Shown piece by piece: positions 37,392 to 45,018 of a stretch of 45,018 nucleotides of DNA; the first letter of the stretch is position 1, and every line of letters begins with the position of its first letter. Source of the DNA: an uncultured bacterium (lineage in GTDB: Bacteria; Hydrogenedentota; Hydrogenedentia; Hydrogenedentales; CAITNO01); the NCBI GenBank assembly GCA_937923585.1, contig CALDSM010000714.1, positions 1-45,018 on the forward strand, read 5' to 3'. Made by a program: the position numbers and the translations under genes. A model generated the notes under the pieces. That model was not told the DNA's origin. It ran no database searches and saw only the letters and a list, made by a program, of their open reading frames with translations.

Positions 37392-38615
37392 ATGTACTTA
37401 TCGCGCACCCTTGAATCGGCGCTTATGGACGCGTCCACTCAGTTTCCGGTGCTGCTGTTGACGGGACCACGCCAAGTGGGCAAGACCACTTTGCTGCGCC
37501 ACCTCTGCGGCAGGGAACGGCGGTATGTCACGCTGGATGACCTGACGCTGCGGGAACTGGCCGGCGAGGACCCGGCCCTGTTCCTGCAGCGGTATCCGCC
37601 GCCGGTGCTGATTGACGAGGTGCAGTATGCCCCCCGGCTGCTGCCCTACATCAAGATGGCGGTGGACACATCGCGAGACTGCGGTGCGTTCTGGCTCACC
37701 GGTTCCCAGCAGTTCCAGATGATGAAAGGGATCACCGAGAGCCTTGCGGGACGGGTGGCAGTGATCAACCTGCTGGGGTTTTCCCGCCGCGAACTCGAGC
37801 AGCGGGAGTGCCGCCTGGCCCCCTTCCTGCCGGTTGCCGACTGTCTTGAGGCGCGCGCGGCGACCTCGGGCGCGTCTGATTTGGACGCGGTGTTCAAGCG
37901 CATCTGGATGGGATCCTTCCCGGCGCTGCATGCCGGTGCCGTTCGGGACCGTGACCTGTTTTTCAGTTCCTATCTCCAGACCTATCTTCAACGGGACGTG
38001 CGCGATCTCACGCAGGTGGGCGACCAACAGTCGTTCTTGCGGTTCGTGAAGGCTTGCGCAGCCCGGACGGCGCAAATGCTGAACGTGTCAGAACTAGCAA
38101 GGGACGTGGACGTGACGGTGATGACGGCCAAGGCATGGCTGTCCATCCTGGTGGCGAGTTTCCAGGCGGTCCTGCTGCAGCCCTATCACACCAACGTAAC
38201 CAAACGCCTCGTCAAGGCACCAAAGCTCTATTTTCTGGACACGGGCATGTGCGCCTATCTGACGGAATGGTCCTCCCCGGAGACGCTTGCCGCGGGCGCC
38301 ATGAGCGGAGCGATGTTTGAGACCTACGTCTTCACGGAAACACTAAAGAGCTGGTGGCACCGCATGCGGACACCGAACCTCTATTATTACCGCGACAGGG
38401 ACGGCAGGGAGATTGATTTGGTCTTCGATCAGGACCAGACGCTGTTTCCGCTGGAAATCAAGCGGGGCGCCACACCCAGCCGCGATTGGGTGCGCGCTTT
38501 CCCGACACTGGAACGTCTGGGAAAATCCGTCGGCGAGGGCGGAGTGATATGCTTGTGCAGGGAGCGCATGCCCCTGACCGACAAGATAACCGCCATCCCC
38601 GTCGGACTGCTGTGA
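37392..38615 (+). CDS. AAA+ ATPase of the COG1373 type (AAA domain + DUF4143-like C-terminus)
   Basis: 407 aa. Walker A LLLTGPRQVGKTTLL and Walker B ..VLIDEVQ... Overall layout is typical of this family. Confidence 0.75.
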   Translation: MYLSRTLESALMDASTQFPVLLLTGPRQVGKTTLLRHLCGRERRYVTLDDLTLRELAGEDPALFLQRYPPPVLIDEVQYAPRLLPYIKMAVDTSRDCGAFWLTGSQQFQMMKGITESLAGRVAVINLLGFSRRELEQRECRLAPFLPVADCLEARAATSGASDLDAVFKRIWMGSFPALHAGAVRDRDLFFSSYLQTYLQRDVRDLTQVGDQQSFLRFVKACAARTAQMLNVSELARDVDVTVMTAKAWLSILVASFQAVLLQPYHTNVTKRLVKAPKLYFLDTGMCAYLTEWSSPETLAAGAMSGAMFETYVFTETLKSWWHRMRTPNLYYYRDRDGREIDLVFDQDQTLFPLEIKRGATPSRDWVRAFPTLERLGKSVGEGGVICLCRERMPLTDKITAIPVGLL

Positions 38616-38689
38616 CAGAATGCGCGTTCGCCGCAAATGTCGCAGTGAAGGATTGAACAGAAAGTGCGGCGCGAAGAGGGAGGAGGAAC

Positions 38690-40618
38690 ATGGGAGCCAC
38701 GATGAAGCGACAACTGATTCTGCTGGGTCTTGCGGCGACGGCCGCGTGGATGCCGCCCGCGTCCGCCGCGACGGAGGATTTGGGCAACGGCTTCCTCCAT
38801 CATGGAGTGGCCACACCCGTGAGCAACCACCGCGGCATCGTGGCCACGGTGGACGGGGACGGCCGCGACGTGGTGCTAGCGTGGCTGTTCGACTGCCGGG
38901 GCGGCTATGCACTGCTGATGATTGACGCCGAGACCGGCAAGAGCGAGCAGGTCGCCATGCCTTTCCCGCCGGGCGGCGACTGCCCCTATGCTTCCATACT
39001 CTCCAGCAAGAACAAGTTCTACACCCACTTCAACAGCCATTTTGCGGAGTTTGACCCGGTGAAACGCGCGTTTACCTTCTCGGCCAACACAACGCCACAG
39101 ATGGCCATGGGCATGACGGAGGACGACAACGGCGTCATCTGGTCCGTCACCTATCCGGACAGCGGCGTGGTGTCCTACGACCCGGCGACGGGCGCGTTCA
39201 AGGATTACGGACGCGTCCACAAAGAGAACTGGGCCCAGTACCAGCGCGCCGTGGCGGCCGACGACAAGGGGTGGCTTTATTTCGGACTCGGCGCCACAGC
39301 CAGCCAGATCATCGCGCTGGACCCACGCTCCGGTGAGGCAAAGCCCATGCTACAGGAGACGGAACGCATCAAGGGGTACGGTTATGTCTGCCGTTACACG
39401 AACGGGCGCGTGTACGGGCATGCCGGCGGCGGCGGGAAAGAGGACTGGTATGAGTTCTGCAACGGCGAGCGCACAAAATGTCCGGAACCGGCGGCGCTTC
39501 AGAAGAAACCCATCATCACGGACAGTCAGAGCCTGTTCCATCGCGAGTTTCCGGACGGCAAGCGCCTGCAAAGCTGCGATCTTGTGGAGCGCGCCATGGT
39601 GGTGGACGATCCCAAGACGGGCGAATCAAAGAAGCTGAGCTTCGACTACGCCAGCGAGGGCGCCCACATCATGGGTGTGGCGGCCGCACCCGACGGCACG
39701 GTCTGCGGCGGCACCGCGTTTCCCATGCGTTTTTTCAGCTACAACCCGAAGACGGACGCGTGGGTCAACCGCGAATGTTACGGCCAGGCGAACACGGTGG
39801 CGCGGCAGGGTGACCGTTTCTTTATTGGTGGATACGGCGGCGGATTCCTGCTGGAATGGGACCCGGCCGCGGCATGGGTGGCGACCGAGAAGAACAAGCC
39901 CGGGTGCAATCCGCTCTTCCTCACGGACTGCACACCGCCCATTCACCGTCCGCACAAACTGCTGGCCCATCCCGACGGCAAGCGGCTGGTACTTGCCGGG
40001 ACGCCCGGCTACGGCTACACGGGCGGCGGACTGCTCTTCTGGGACCGCGAGACAGGGACCCGGACGCTCGTCGAACACACGGATATCCTGCCGGAGCACT
40101 CCACGATGAGCCTCGCGGCGCTGCCGGACAACAAGCTGCTTGGCGGCACCACCACCGGCGCAGGCACCGGCGGGGAGAAGAAGGCGAAGGAAGCCGAACT
40201 GTACATCATGGACATGGCCACAAAGAAGGTCGAATGGCACGAAGTGGTGTTTCCCGGCGTTCAGGAGTACACGGACCTGCACGCCGCACCCAACGGACTG
40301 GTCTGCGGCGTGGCGGACTCGAAGCGTTTCTTCGTGTTCGACCCCGCCCAACGGAAAGTGGTCCACGAGGAAAACACGGCGGAGAAGTTCGGCCCCACAT
40401 GCCATCAGCAGGGCCCGCGTGTGTTCGTGCCCGGACCCGACGGTGCGCTCTACATGCTGTTTCACAAGGGCATCGCCCGCGTGGATTTAACGACGCACGC
40501 CATCACGATGCTGGCCGAATCTCCCGTGACCATCGAGCCCGGCGGCGACCTGCTCGACGGCCGCATCTACTTCGGCAGCGGCTCACACCTGTACAGTTGG
40601 CAGACTCCCGGCAAGTGA
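38690..40618 (+). CDS. hypothetical exported beta-propeller-like protein
   Basis: 642 aa with signal KRQLILLGLAATAAWMPPASA. Repetitive ..DDNGVIWSVTYPDSGVVSYDPATGAFKDYG..-type blades. GGAGG Shine-Dalgarno upstream. Confidence 0.55.
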   Translation: MGATMKRQLILLGLAATAAWMPPASAATEDLGNGFLHHGVATPVSNHRGIVATVDGDGRDVVLAWLFDCRGGYALLMIDAETGKSEQVAMPFPPGGDCPYASILSSKNKFYTHFNSHFAEFDPVKRAFTFSANTTPQMAMGMTEDDNGVIWSVTYPDSGVVSYDPATGAFKDYGRVHKENWAQYQRAVAADDKGWLYFGLGATASQIIALDPRSGEAKPMLQETERIKGYGYVCRYTNGRVYGHAGGGGKEDWYEFCNGERTKCPEPAALQKKPIITDSQSLFHREFPDGKRLQSCDLVERAMVVDDPKTGESKKLSFDYASEGAHIMGVAAAPDGTVCGGTAFPMRFFSYNPKTDAWVNRECYGQANTVARQGDRFFIGGYGGGFLLEWDPAAAWVATEKNKPGCNPLFLTDCTPPIHRPHKLLAHPDGKRLVLAGTPGYGYTGGGLLFWDRETGTRTLVEHTDILPEHSTMSLAALPDNKLLGGTTTGAGTGGEKKAKEAELYIMDMATKKVEWHEVVFPGVQEYTDLHAAPNGLVCGVADSKRFFVFDPAQRKVVHEENTAEKFGPTCHQQGPRVFVPGPDGALYMLFHKGIARVDLTTHAITMLAESPVTIEPGGDLLDGRIYFGSGSHLYSWQTPGK

Positions 40619-40659
40619 GCCGTGCTGACCGGATACGTGTGCGTCCCGCCTGATGGTCT

Positions 40660-43548
40660 TCAGTAATCAGGAGAACCCGGGCCGTTGCCTATCGTGAAGG
40701 TCAGCAACACCGGCGGAGTCAGCGTGGGCGCGGAGAAGGTCCATGTGCCGTTCGGTATGCCGATAATCTGCGCGGCAAGCCCGCAGACCGGGGCATACAC
40801 CTGATAGCAGGCATCCGGGGCCGGTCCCTCGAAGAGCAGTGTCAGCGTGCGCGCGCTGTCGTTCCTGCACACCAAGGGACATCCGCCCAGCACCGCTTGG
40901 GCCATGCAGTCGTTGGCGGACACCGGTGTCGAGCCGGAAATGCGAATGCCGTTCACGGGTGCGCCCAGCGGCAAGATCTCCGCGGCCCAATCCTTGGGTC
41001 CGGTCTCGCCGGGAATCCACCGGGCCTCGACGCAGTTTGCCGGCGGCGGTCCTCCCTGCACGGTGAATTCCAACTGGAACGTCGCTTTGGGATGCAGGCA
41101 GAAGAAGGTCCATAACCCTTCCCTGAGCGGCCCGATAATTCCCTGCAGGCCGCAAACGGGGGCGTAGTTCAACGGGCAGGGTACAGGCCCCGGCGGCGGG
41201 CTGAACCGGAGTTCTATCCGCTGCGCGGCCGGGTCAATGCTCACGGAGGGCGTGCCCATCAGCGAATTTGCCTCGCACACGTTGCCGAAGGTCGGCGTGG
41301 GGCCGGAGAAGTGAATGGGACTGCCGGCCATCGGCGCGGCCGGGTCAATTGTCCATGCTTCCGGACATTGCCCGTTCGCAATCCACTCCATCGGCGGCGG
41401 GGGCGGCGGCGGATTCGGGAGGTCGGCGCCGTTGATGAAGCCGTCGCCGTTCCGGTCCAGGAACCTGAAGACTCTGTCGGTCAGCGACGGCACGAATGCC
41501 TGCGCCTCGGCCAATGAAAGCGATTGGTCGCCGTCCGCATCGGCCATGGCCAGTACGGCGGACAAGGCCTCTTTGATCAACTCGGGAGTCGCATTGAAAT
41601 TGCCGCAGAAGCATATTTCATCCACCGGTTGCGGCCGGTTTATAACCGTGCCGTCCACAAGCGGCCCGGCATAGGGGCATTGCACCAACTGCTGCAGGAG
41701 ACCGAAGAACTTGTCGTCCAGCGACGGCACAACGGTCGTGATTTCTTCCTTCGACAGGCACCCGTTGCCGTCCGCATCCGACCTGAGGAACAGGCCGATC
41801 AACTCCGACAGCGGGTCGGGCGGCAGGTTAAAGAGACGCACCAGCGCCACCACATCCACACGTCCGGCATAGGCGCCGTTCTTCCAGCCGAAGCTCAACG
41901 AGCCGTGCTGCATATAATGAAGCGCCGCGAAACTCACCTGAAGCGGGGCGGCCACCCCCGTCGCCGGTTCCACCGCCCCTGGGCGGTTGATGGCCACAAA
42001 GCCGCAGTTGCAGGGCTCGCCGCACACGGAGCACTCCTCCGTGCAACGCATTTCCATGGGCGTTTTGCAGCGCGGCAGAATTGCCGGAATCGCGGTGGTG
42101 GAGGGGTCCCCGCCCGCATCAGGCACCGGTACCGGGCACAGGGGTAACTGCTCAATTTGCCTGAACAACTGGTGCGCCATGCGTACCCCCGCCGGGACTT
42201 CCCCGGCAGATTGGGTCGGTTCATCTTGGGGGATGCCAAGCGCCTCTTCTTCCGCGGCCGTAAGATAATTCCCGTCCGGGTCGTCCGGAATGGGCTTCAC
42301 ATGCGGGTCCGGTCCGGGCACTGCCGAACCGACGTGCAGGGTGAGGCTGAAGTTCAACCGTGGGTCGGCGTCGCTCTGCGCGGAGAAGGTCCAGTCGCCC
42401 GCTTCGAGCGGTCCGAAAGCACCTTGTATGCCCGCAACCGGTTCGCGGACCTCGTTGCAGGGCGCGAAGAATGTAAGCGGCATGAATACCAGCCGTATGC
42501 GGTGGCCGGACGGGTCTATCATGATTTCGGGTTCGCCCACGGCCGCCTGCGCGTGGCAGAGATTCTGGTACACCGCCGACGGTCCGGAGAAATGAAAAAC
42601 ATCCGCCTCGGTCGCGGCCTGCGGCCGGACGGCCCAAACGGCGGGACCCGCATCTCCCGGAATCCAGGCCGCTTCGCCCTGCGGCACCCATTCGCCTTCG
42701 CCTTCACCTTCACCCGGAACCTCGCCCTCGCCTTCACGTTCGCCTTCGAGGTCGCCCGGCGGGCAGGTCAGCGGGCGGATCTTGAATGTTGCCCGGTTGG
42801 CAACGGCAATCTCAGCCTGGATGCGTGACGGCACGATAACCTGGGGCCAGTAGGTGCCGGGTGGCGGGGGCGTGATCACCATCGTCACGGACACCTGCTC
42901 CGGGTAGGACTCCTGAATGCGTATATCCGGCGGGCTGAGGGTGTATCCGGGGTTGGGGAGCATGAAAGTTCCCTCAAGCAGCCAAGCGGGGTCGGTGAGC
43001 GCCTGCTTGGTCAGCGACCCCGTGAAACCAAACGCCCCGGCGAGTCCATATCCGAAACGCCCAGAGAAGGGTATCATCTGGACAGGCTCCTCCCGGCACC
43101 CGGCTTCCCCTTCGCCTTCCGTCTGGACCTCGCCCTCGGTTAGGTTTTCGCCCTCGCCTTCTGGCTGGCTCTCACCCTCGGCTTCTCCCTCGGCGTTAGA
43201 TAACACCAGCACCGCGATGCTGGCGCTGGCGTGGCTGGCCGAACCCGTCACCGTGAGGGTGGCCGTGCCGGGGCCGACCGCGGTCACATGCCCCGCGTCG
43301 TCCACCGTGGCAACCTCCGGCGCGCTGCTGGACCACGAAAAGGAATCACCGGCAGCCGTGGACTGGGCCTGCAGTGCGAGCATGGCCCCGGCGGCCAGCG
43401 AAAGGGAGATGCCAACCGCCTCCCCGCCGTCCTTCACAATCGTCACCCGCGGGCCGTGCGTCCACGGCGGGCACCCCGCAAGCGACAGGGCCAGAAACGC
43501 GCACAACACACTGAAGAACGCCATTGACTTCCAACCATGGGACTTCAT
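40660..43548 (-). CDS. large lipoprotein: Big_2-like Ig domain, acidic GE-rich linkers, EF-hand/dockerin-like Ca-binding loops, three copies of an unassigned ~115-aa Cys-containing domain
   Basis: Start moved to the ATG at 43548, with GGAGG 8 nt upstream, giving MKSHGWKSMAFFSVLCAFLALSLAGC (lipobox). ..ATVDDAGHVTAVGPGTATLTVTG.. is Big_2-like. DADGNGCLSKEE, DADGDQSLSLAE and DRNGDGFINGAD are Ca-binding-type loops. The repeats lie at 42325-42666, 41020-41385 and 40663-41019. Confidence 0.7.
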   Translation of the reverse strand: MKSHGWKSMAFFSVLCAFLALSLAGCPPWTHGPRVTIVKDGGEAVGISLSLAAGAMLALQAQSTAAGDSFSWSSSAPEVATVDDAGHVTAVGPGTATLTVTGSASHASASIAVLVLSNAEGEAEGESQPEGEGENLTEGEVQTEGEGEAGCREEPVQMIPFSGRFGYGLAGAFGFTGSLTKQALTDPAWLLEGTFMLPNPGYTLSPPDIRIQESYPEQVSVTMVITPPPPGTYWPQVIVPSRIQAEIAVANRATFKIRPLTCPPGDLEGEREGEGEVPGEGEGEGEWVPQGEAAWIPGDAGPAVWAVRPQAATEADVFHFSGPSAVYQNLCHAQAAVGEPEIMIDPSGHRIRLVFMPLTFFAPCNEVREPVAGIQGAFGPLEAGDWTFSAQSDADPRLNFSLTLHVGSAVPGPDPHVKPIPDDPDGNYLTAAEEEALGIPQDEPTQSAGEVPAGVRMAHQLFRQIEQLPLCPVPVPDAGGDPSTTAIPAILPRCKTPMEMRCTEECSVCGEPCNCGFVAINRPGAVEPATGVAAPLQVSFAALHYMQHGSLSFGWKNGAYAGRVDVVALVRLFNLPPDPLSELIGLFLRSDADGNGCLSKEEITTVVPSLDDKFFGLLQQLVQCPYAGPLVDGTVINRPQPVDEICFCGNFNATPELIKEALSAVLAMADADGDQSLSLAEAQAFVPSLTDRVFRFLDRNGDGFINGADLPNPPPPPPPMEWIANGQCPEAWTIDPAAPMAGSPIHFSGPTPTFGNVCEANSLMGTPSVSIDPAAQRIELRFSPPPGPVPCPLNYAPVCGLQGIIGPLREGLWTFFCLHPKATFQLEFTVQGGPPPANCVEARWIPGETGPKDWAAEILPLGAPVNGIRISGSTPVSANDCMAQAVLGGCPLVCRNDSARTLTLLFEGPAPDACYQVYAPVCGLAAQIIGIPNGTWTFSAPTLTPPVLLTFTIGNGPGSPDY

Positions 43549-43772
43549 GACGGCAACCTCCATTGCGGCTGGCTGACTGAACCTTTTCAGCCATAGGCAA
43601 TGGCAGTATAGCACCGAAAACGGGAACCCACAATCCCCCAAACGGCCATGGGATACAGTTCAGCGTGGTGCGGGCTTTCCGGTCTGCCGTGCGGTCGCAT
43701 TTCACCGCTCAAACGGTTGCGCGCACCTGATTCGAGAGGTCAGAAGGGGGTGTCTGCCCGGTGCATTGCCCG

Positions 43773-44099
43773 TCAGCGGCCCAATTCGAGCAGCGCGCGG
43801 CTCACCGCCTGCTGCCCGGCATGGGTTGGCAGGGAGCGGAGCGTCTCCAAAGTGCGGTCCCAGTCGAGGTACATGTTCACCCCCAGGTCCCAGTAGTGGA
43901 GCAGGCCGTTCTCCAAGTTGAAACCGCCGGTGCTCTTGGGAACAAAGACCAGCCCCAGAAAACCGCAGTTCCTGCAACCGCACCCCAACCGCGACAGCTC
44001 CGCACCAAGTGTGCCCAGCGTGCCGGCGCTGTTCGCGCTGCACGTGGCGACACCCGACTCCATCGTCTCCAACCACATGGCATATTCCTTTACTGGCAT
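43773..44099 (-). CDS. hypothetical protein (108 aa)
   Basis: This frame shows a strong G/C third-position bias when read codon by codon and has a varied amino-acid composition. The overlapping 154-aa ORF (43702-44166) is Arg/Gly/Pro-rich and looks like a shadow ORF. No recognisable domain. Confidence 0.45.
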   Translation of the reverse strand: MPVKEYAMWLETMESGVATCSANSAGTLGTLGAELSRLGCGCRNCGFLGLVFVPKSTGGFNLENGLLHYWDLGVNMYLDWDRTLETLRSLPTHAGQQAVSRALLELGR

Positions 44100-44215
44100 G
44101 CACTACCCAAGACGATAGTCCGAGTATAGAGCAGACTTGATTTGCTGTCAAGAGGTGGCGTTTCATTTGTCACGACTCATTTGCCATTTTGGGTGACACT
44201 GGCATTTGGGTGACC

Positions 44216-44245
44216 TTGATTGCTCCCCTAGCCGGGTGGTATACT
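44216..44245 (+). promoter_or_regulatory. candidate sigma70 promoter of the tRNA gene
   Basis: TTGATT (44216-44221), an 18-nt spacer, then TATACT (44240-44245). Lies 24 nt upstream of tRNA position 1. Two copies of ATTTGGGTGAC sit just upstream, within roughly 44187-44215. Confidence 0.4.
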
Positions 44246-44268
44246 TCATTTGTTAACAGCGACCCTAT

Positions 44269-44345
<77 letters not shown>

Positions 44346-44354
44346 ATTGTGAGC

Positions 44355-44390
44355 AAAGGACTTGCAGCGATGCAAGTCCTTTCTCTTTTT
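44355..44390 (+). terminator. rho-independent terminator of the tRNA
   Basis: 12-bp perfect stem aaaggacttgca / tgcaagtccttt, loop gcga, followed by ctcttttt. Confidence 0.8.
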
Positions 44391-44496
44391 GGGTGGTTGT
44401 ACCCTAAACTGTACCCTACAAAAAATCCACCCCCAGAAATCGGACCCGCCTTTTACCTCCCAAATCTATATTGACATGGTACAGGAGGGGAAAAAA

Positions 44497-44838
44497 ATGG
44501 CGAGTCTAGAACGTCGCGGCAAGACAGGCACATACTACGCCCAATGGTATGACGGGTGCGGCAAGCAGGTGCACAGGGGCCTGGAGACAACAATTCTCCG
44601 GATTGCCAAGCACCGGCTTCGTGACCTCCTGGACGGCCCACCCAGGATGGCTGCCTTCACAACCACCAGAACCCCGATCGCTGTTATTGTGTCTGCCTGC
44701 ATTGCCAGTATGAGGGCACGGATTGCAGACAGCACCCAACGGTCTCATATGTGGGGTCTCGGAGACCTTTTCGGCCCCGCACGCGGAGACTCCTTCTCTG
44801 CGGCCGATGGTGCCAACACTTCGCACCGGCTTCGATAG
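44497..44838 (+). pseudogene. tyrosine-recombinase (phage-type integrase) N-terminal fragment
   Basis: MASLERRGKTGTYYAQWYDGCGKQVHRGLETT..RIAKHRL.. is the usual arm-binding N-terminus of tRNA-associated integrases, with AGGAGGGG Shine-Dalgarno upstream. The frame stops after 113 codons, whereas integrases are normally more than 300 aa. It ends 14 nt before the tRNA-like repeat. Confidence 0.6.
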
Positions 44839-44852
44839 GCCCGCACGGGCTG

Positions 44853-44889
44853 CCAAAGATCGTAGGTTCAATTCTTGCCGCCGCTGCCG
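44853..44889 (+). repeat. degenerate direct copy of the tRNA-Met 3' half (att-like)
   Basis: ccaaagatcgtaggttcaattcttgccgccgctgccg against tRNA 44309-44345 ccaaaggtcgtaggttcaaatcctacccccgctacca. By hand alignment 31 of 37 positions are identical, with no gaps. Confidence 0.65.
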
Positions 44890-44890
44890 A

Positions 44891-44917
44891 CCTCCCCGCC
44901 CGCCGCGGGCGGGGAGG
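44891..44917 (+). terminator. GC-rich hairpin after the tRNA-like repeat (possible relic terminator)
   Basis: cctccccgcccg ccg cgggcggggagg: 12-bp arms and a 3-nt centre. No clear T-tract follows. Confidence 0.3.
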
Positions 44918-44971
44918 CCGCACACCACTCACTTTCTGAAAGCCGTTTCCGCCAGCGACTGAGGCAGGTGC

Positions 44972-45018
44972 AGATCGGAAGAGCGTCGTGTAGGGAAAGA
45001 GTGTAGATCTCGGTGGTC
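44972..45018. other. Illumina sequencing adapter (non-biological)
   Basis: AGATCGGAAGAGCGTCGTGTAGGGAAAGAGTGTAGATCTCGGTGGTC is an exact 47-nt match to the standard TruSeq read-through adapter sequence, and it sits at the very end of the contig. Confidence 0.97.

Noticed and set aside
43702-44166. 154-aa minus-strand ORF overlapping the 108-aa ORF
   Set aside because: After its first ~25 residues it becomes Arg/Gly/Pro/His-rich. The overlapping 43773-44099 frame carries the G/C third-position bias, so only that frame is kept, and with modest confidence.
44362-44496. Upstream part of the 158-aa ORF preceding the integrase Met
   Set aside because: It starts inside the tRNA terminator and has no Shine-Dalgarno. 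The internal ATG at 44497 has AGGAGGGG upstream and gives the canonical MASLERRGK.. integrase N-terminus.
44853-44889. Possible second tRNA gene
   Set aside because: Only the T-arm and acceptor 3' strand are recognisable, and with wobble or mismatched pairs. No D-arm, anticodon arm or 5' acceptor strand can be found upstream, and the integrase reading frame occupies that space. It is interpreted as an att-type partial duplicate.

Overview
This is a 45 kb, high-G+C bacterial contig that looks metagenome-assembled: its last 47 nt are an exact Illumina adapter. About 30 genes are packed on both strands, and all calls rest on motifs read by eye from the ORF track and the DNA, with no searches run. 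Main blocks: (i) 1-9527 (-) is an eight-gene, translationally coupled operon. It joins an HdrA/GltD-type fusion, HdrB, HdrC and MvhD to a split glutamate-synthase set (a GATase-II+GXGXG fusion and two ferredoxin-FMN paralogues) and a MetF-type methylene-THF reductase. This is my best candidate for an undescribed flavin-based electron-bifurcating complex. (ii) An RraA-family gene and cstA. (iii) A 2.8 kb visibly low-G+C two-gene island (13.1-15.9 kb) bracketed by near-identical 32/33-nt hairpin direct repeats. (iv) araB and a four-helix-bundle gene that carries an internal 37-nt-arm inverted repeat. (v) A peptide-uptake and processing locus: an Opp-like substrate-binding protein and two permeases, an exported M3B oligoendopeptidase and a Tat-exported C-N hydrolase. 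(vi) A DoxX/thioredoxin pair divergent from an ECF sigma factor that is fused to a polytopic membrane domain. (vii) A large discoidin + PD40 + 3xCXXCH exported protein, a 1225-aa hybrid histidine kinase, a Tat Gfo/Idh/MocA oxidoreductase, a DUF4143-type AAA ATPase, a beta-propeller protein and a 960-aa lipoprotein with three copies of an unassigned Cys-pair domain. (viii) An initiator tRNA-Met with promoter and terminator, followed by a truncated integrase and a degenerate copy of the tRNA 3' half, which reads as an integration scar. Many long ORFs in the track are antisense shadow ORFs typical of high-G+C DNA and were rejected. No CRISPR array, rRNA or intact transposase was seen.
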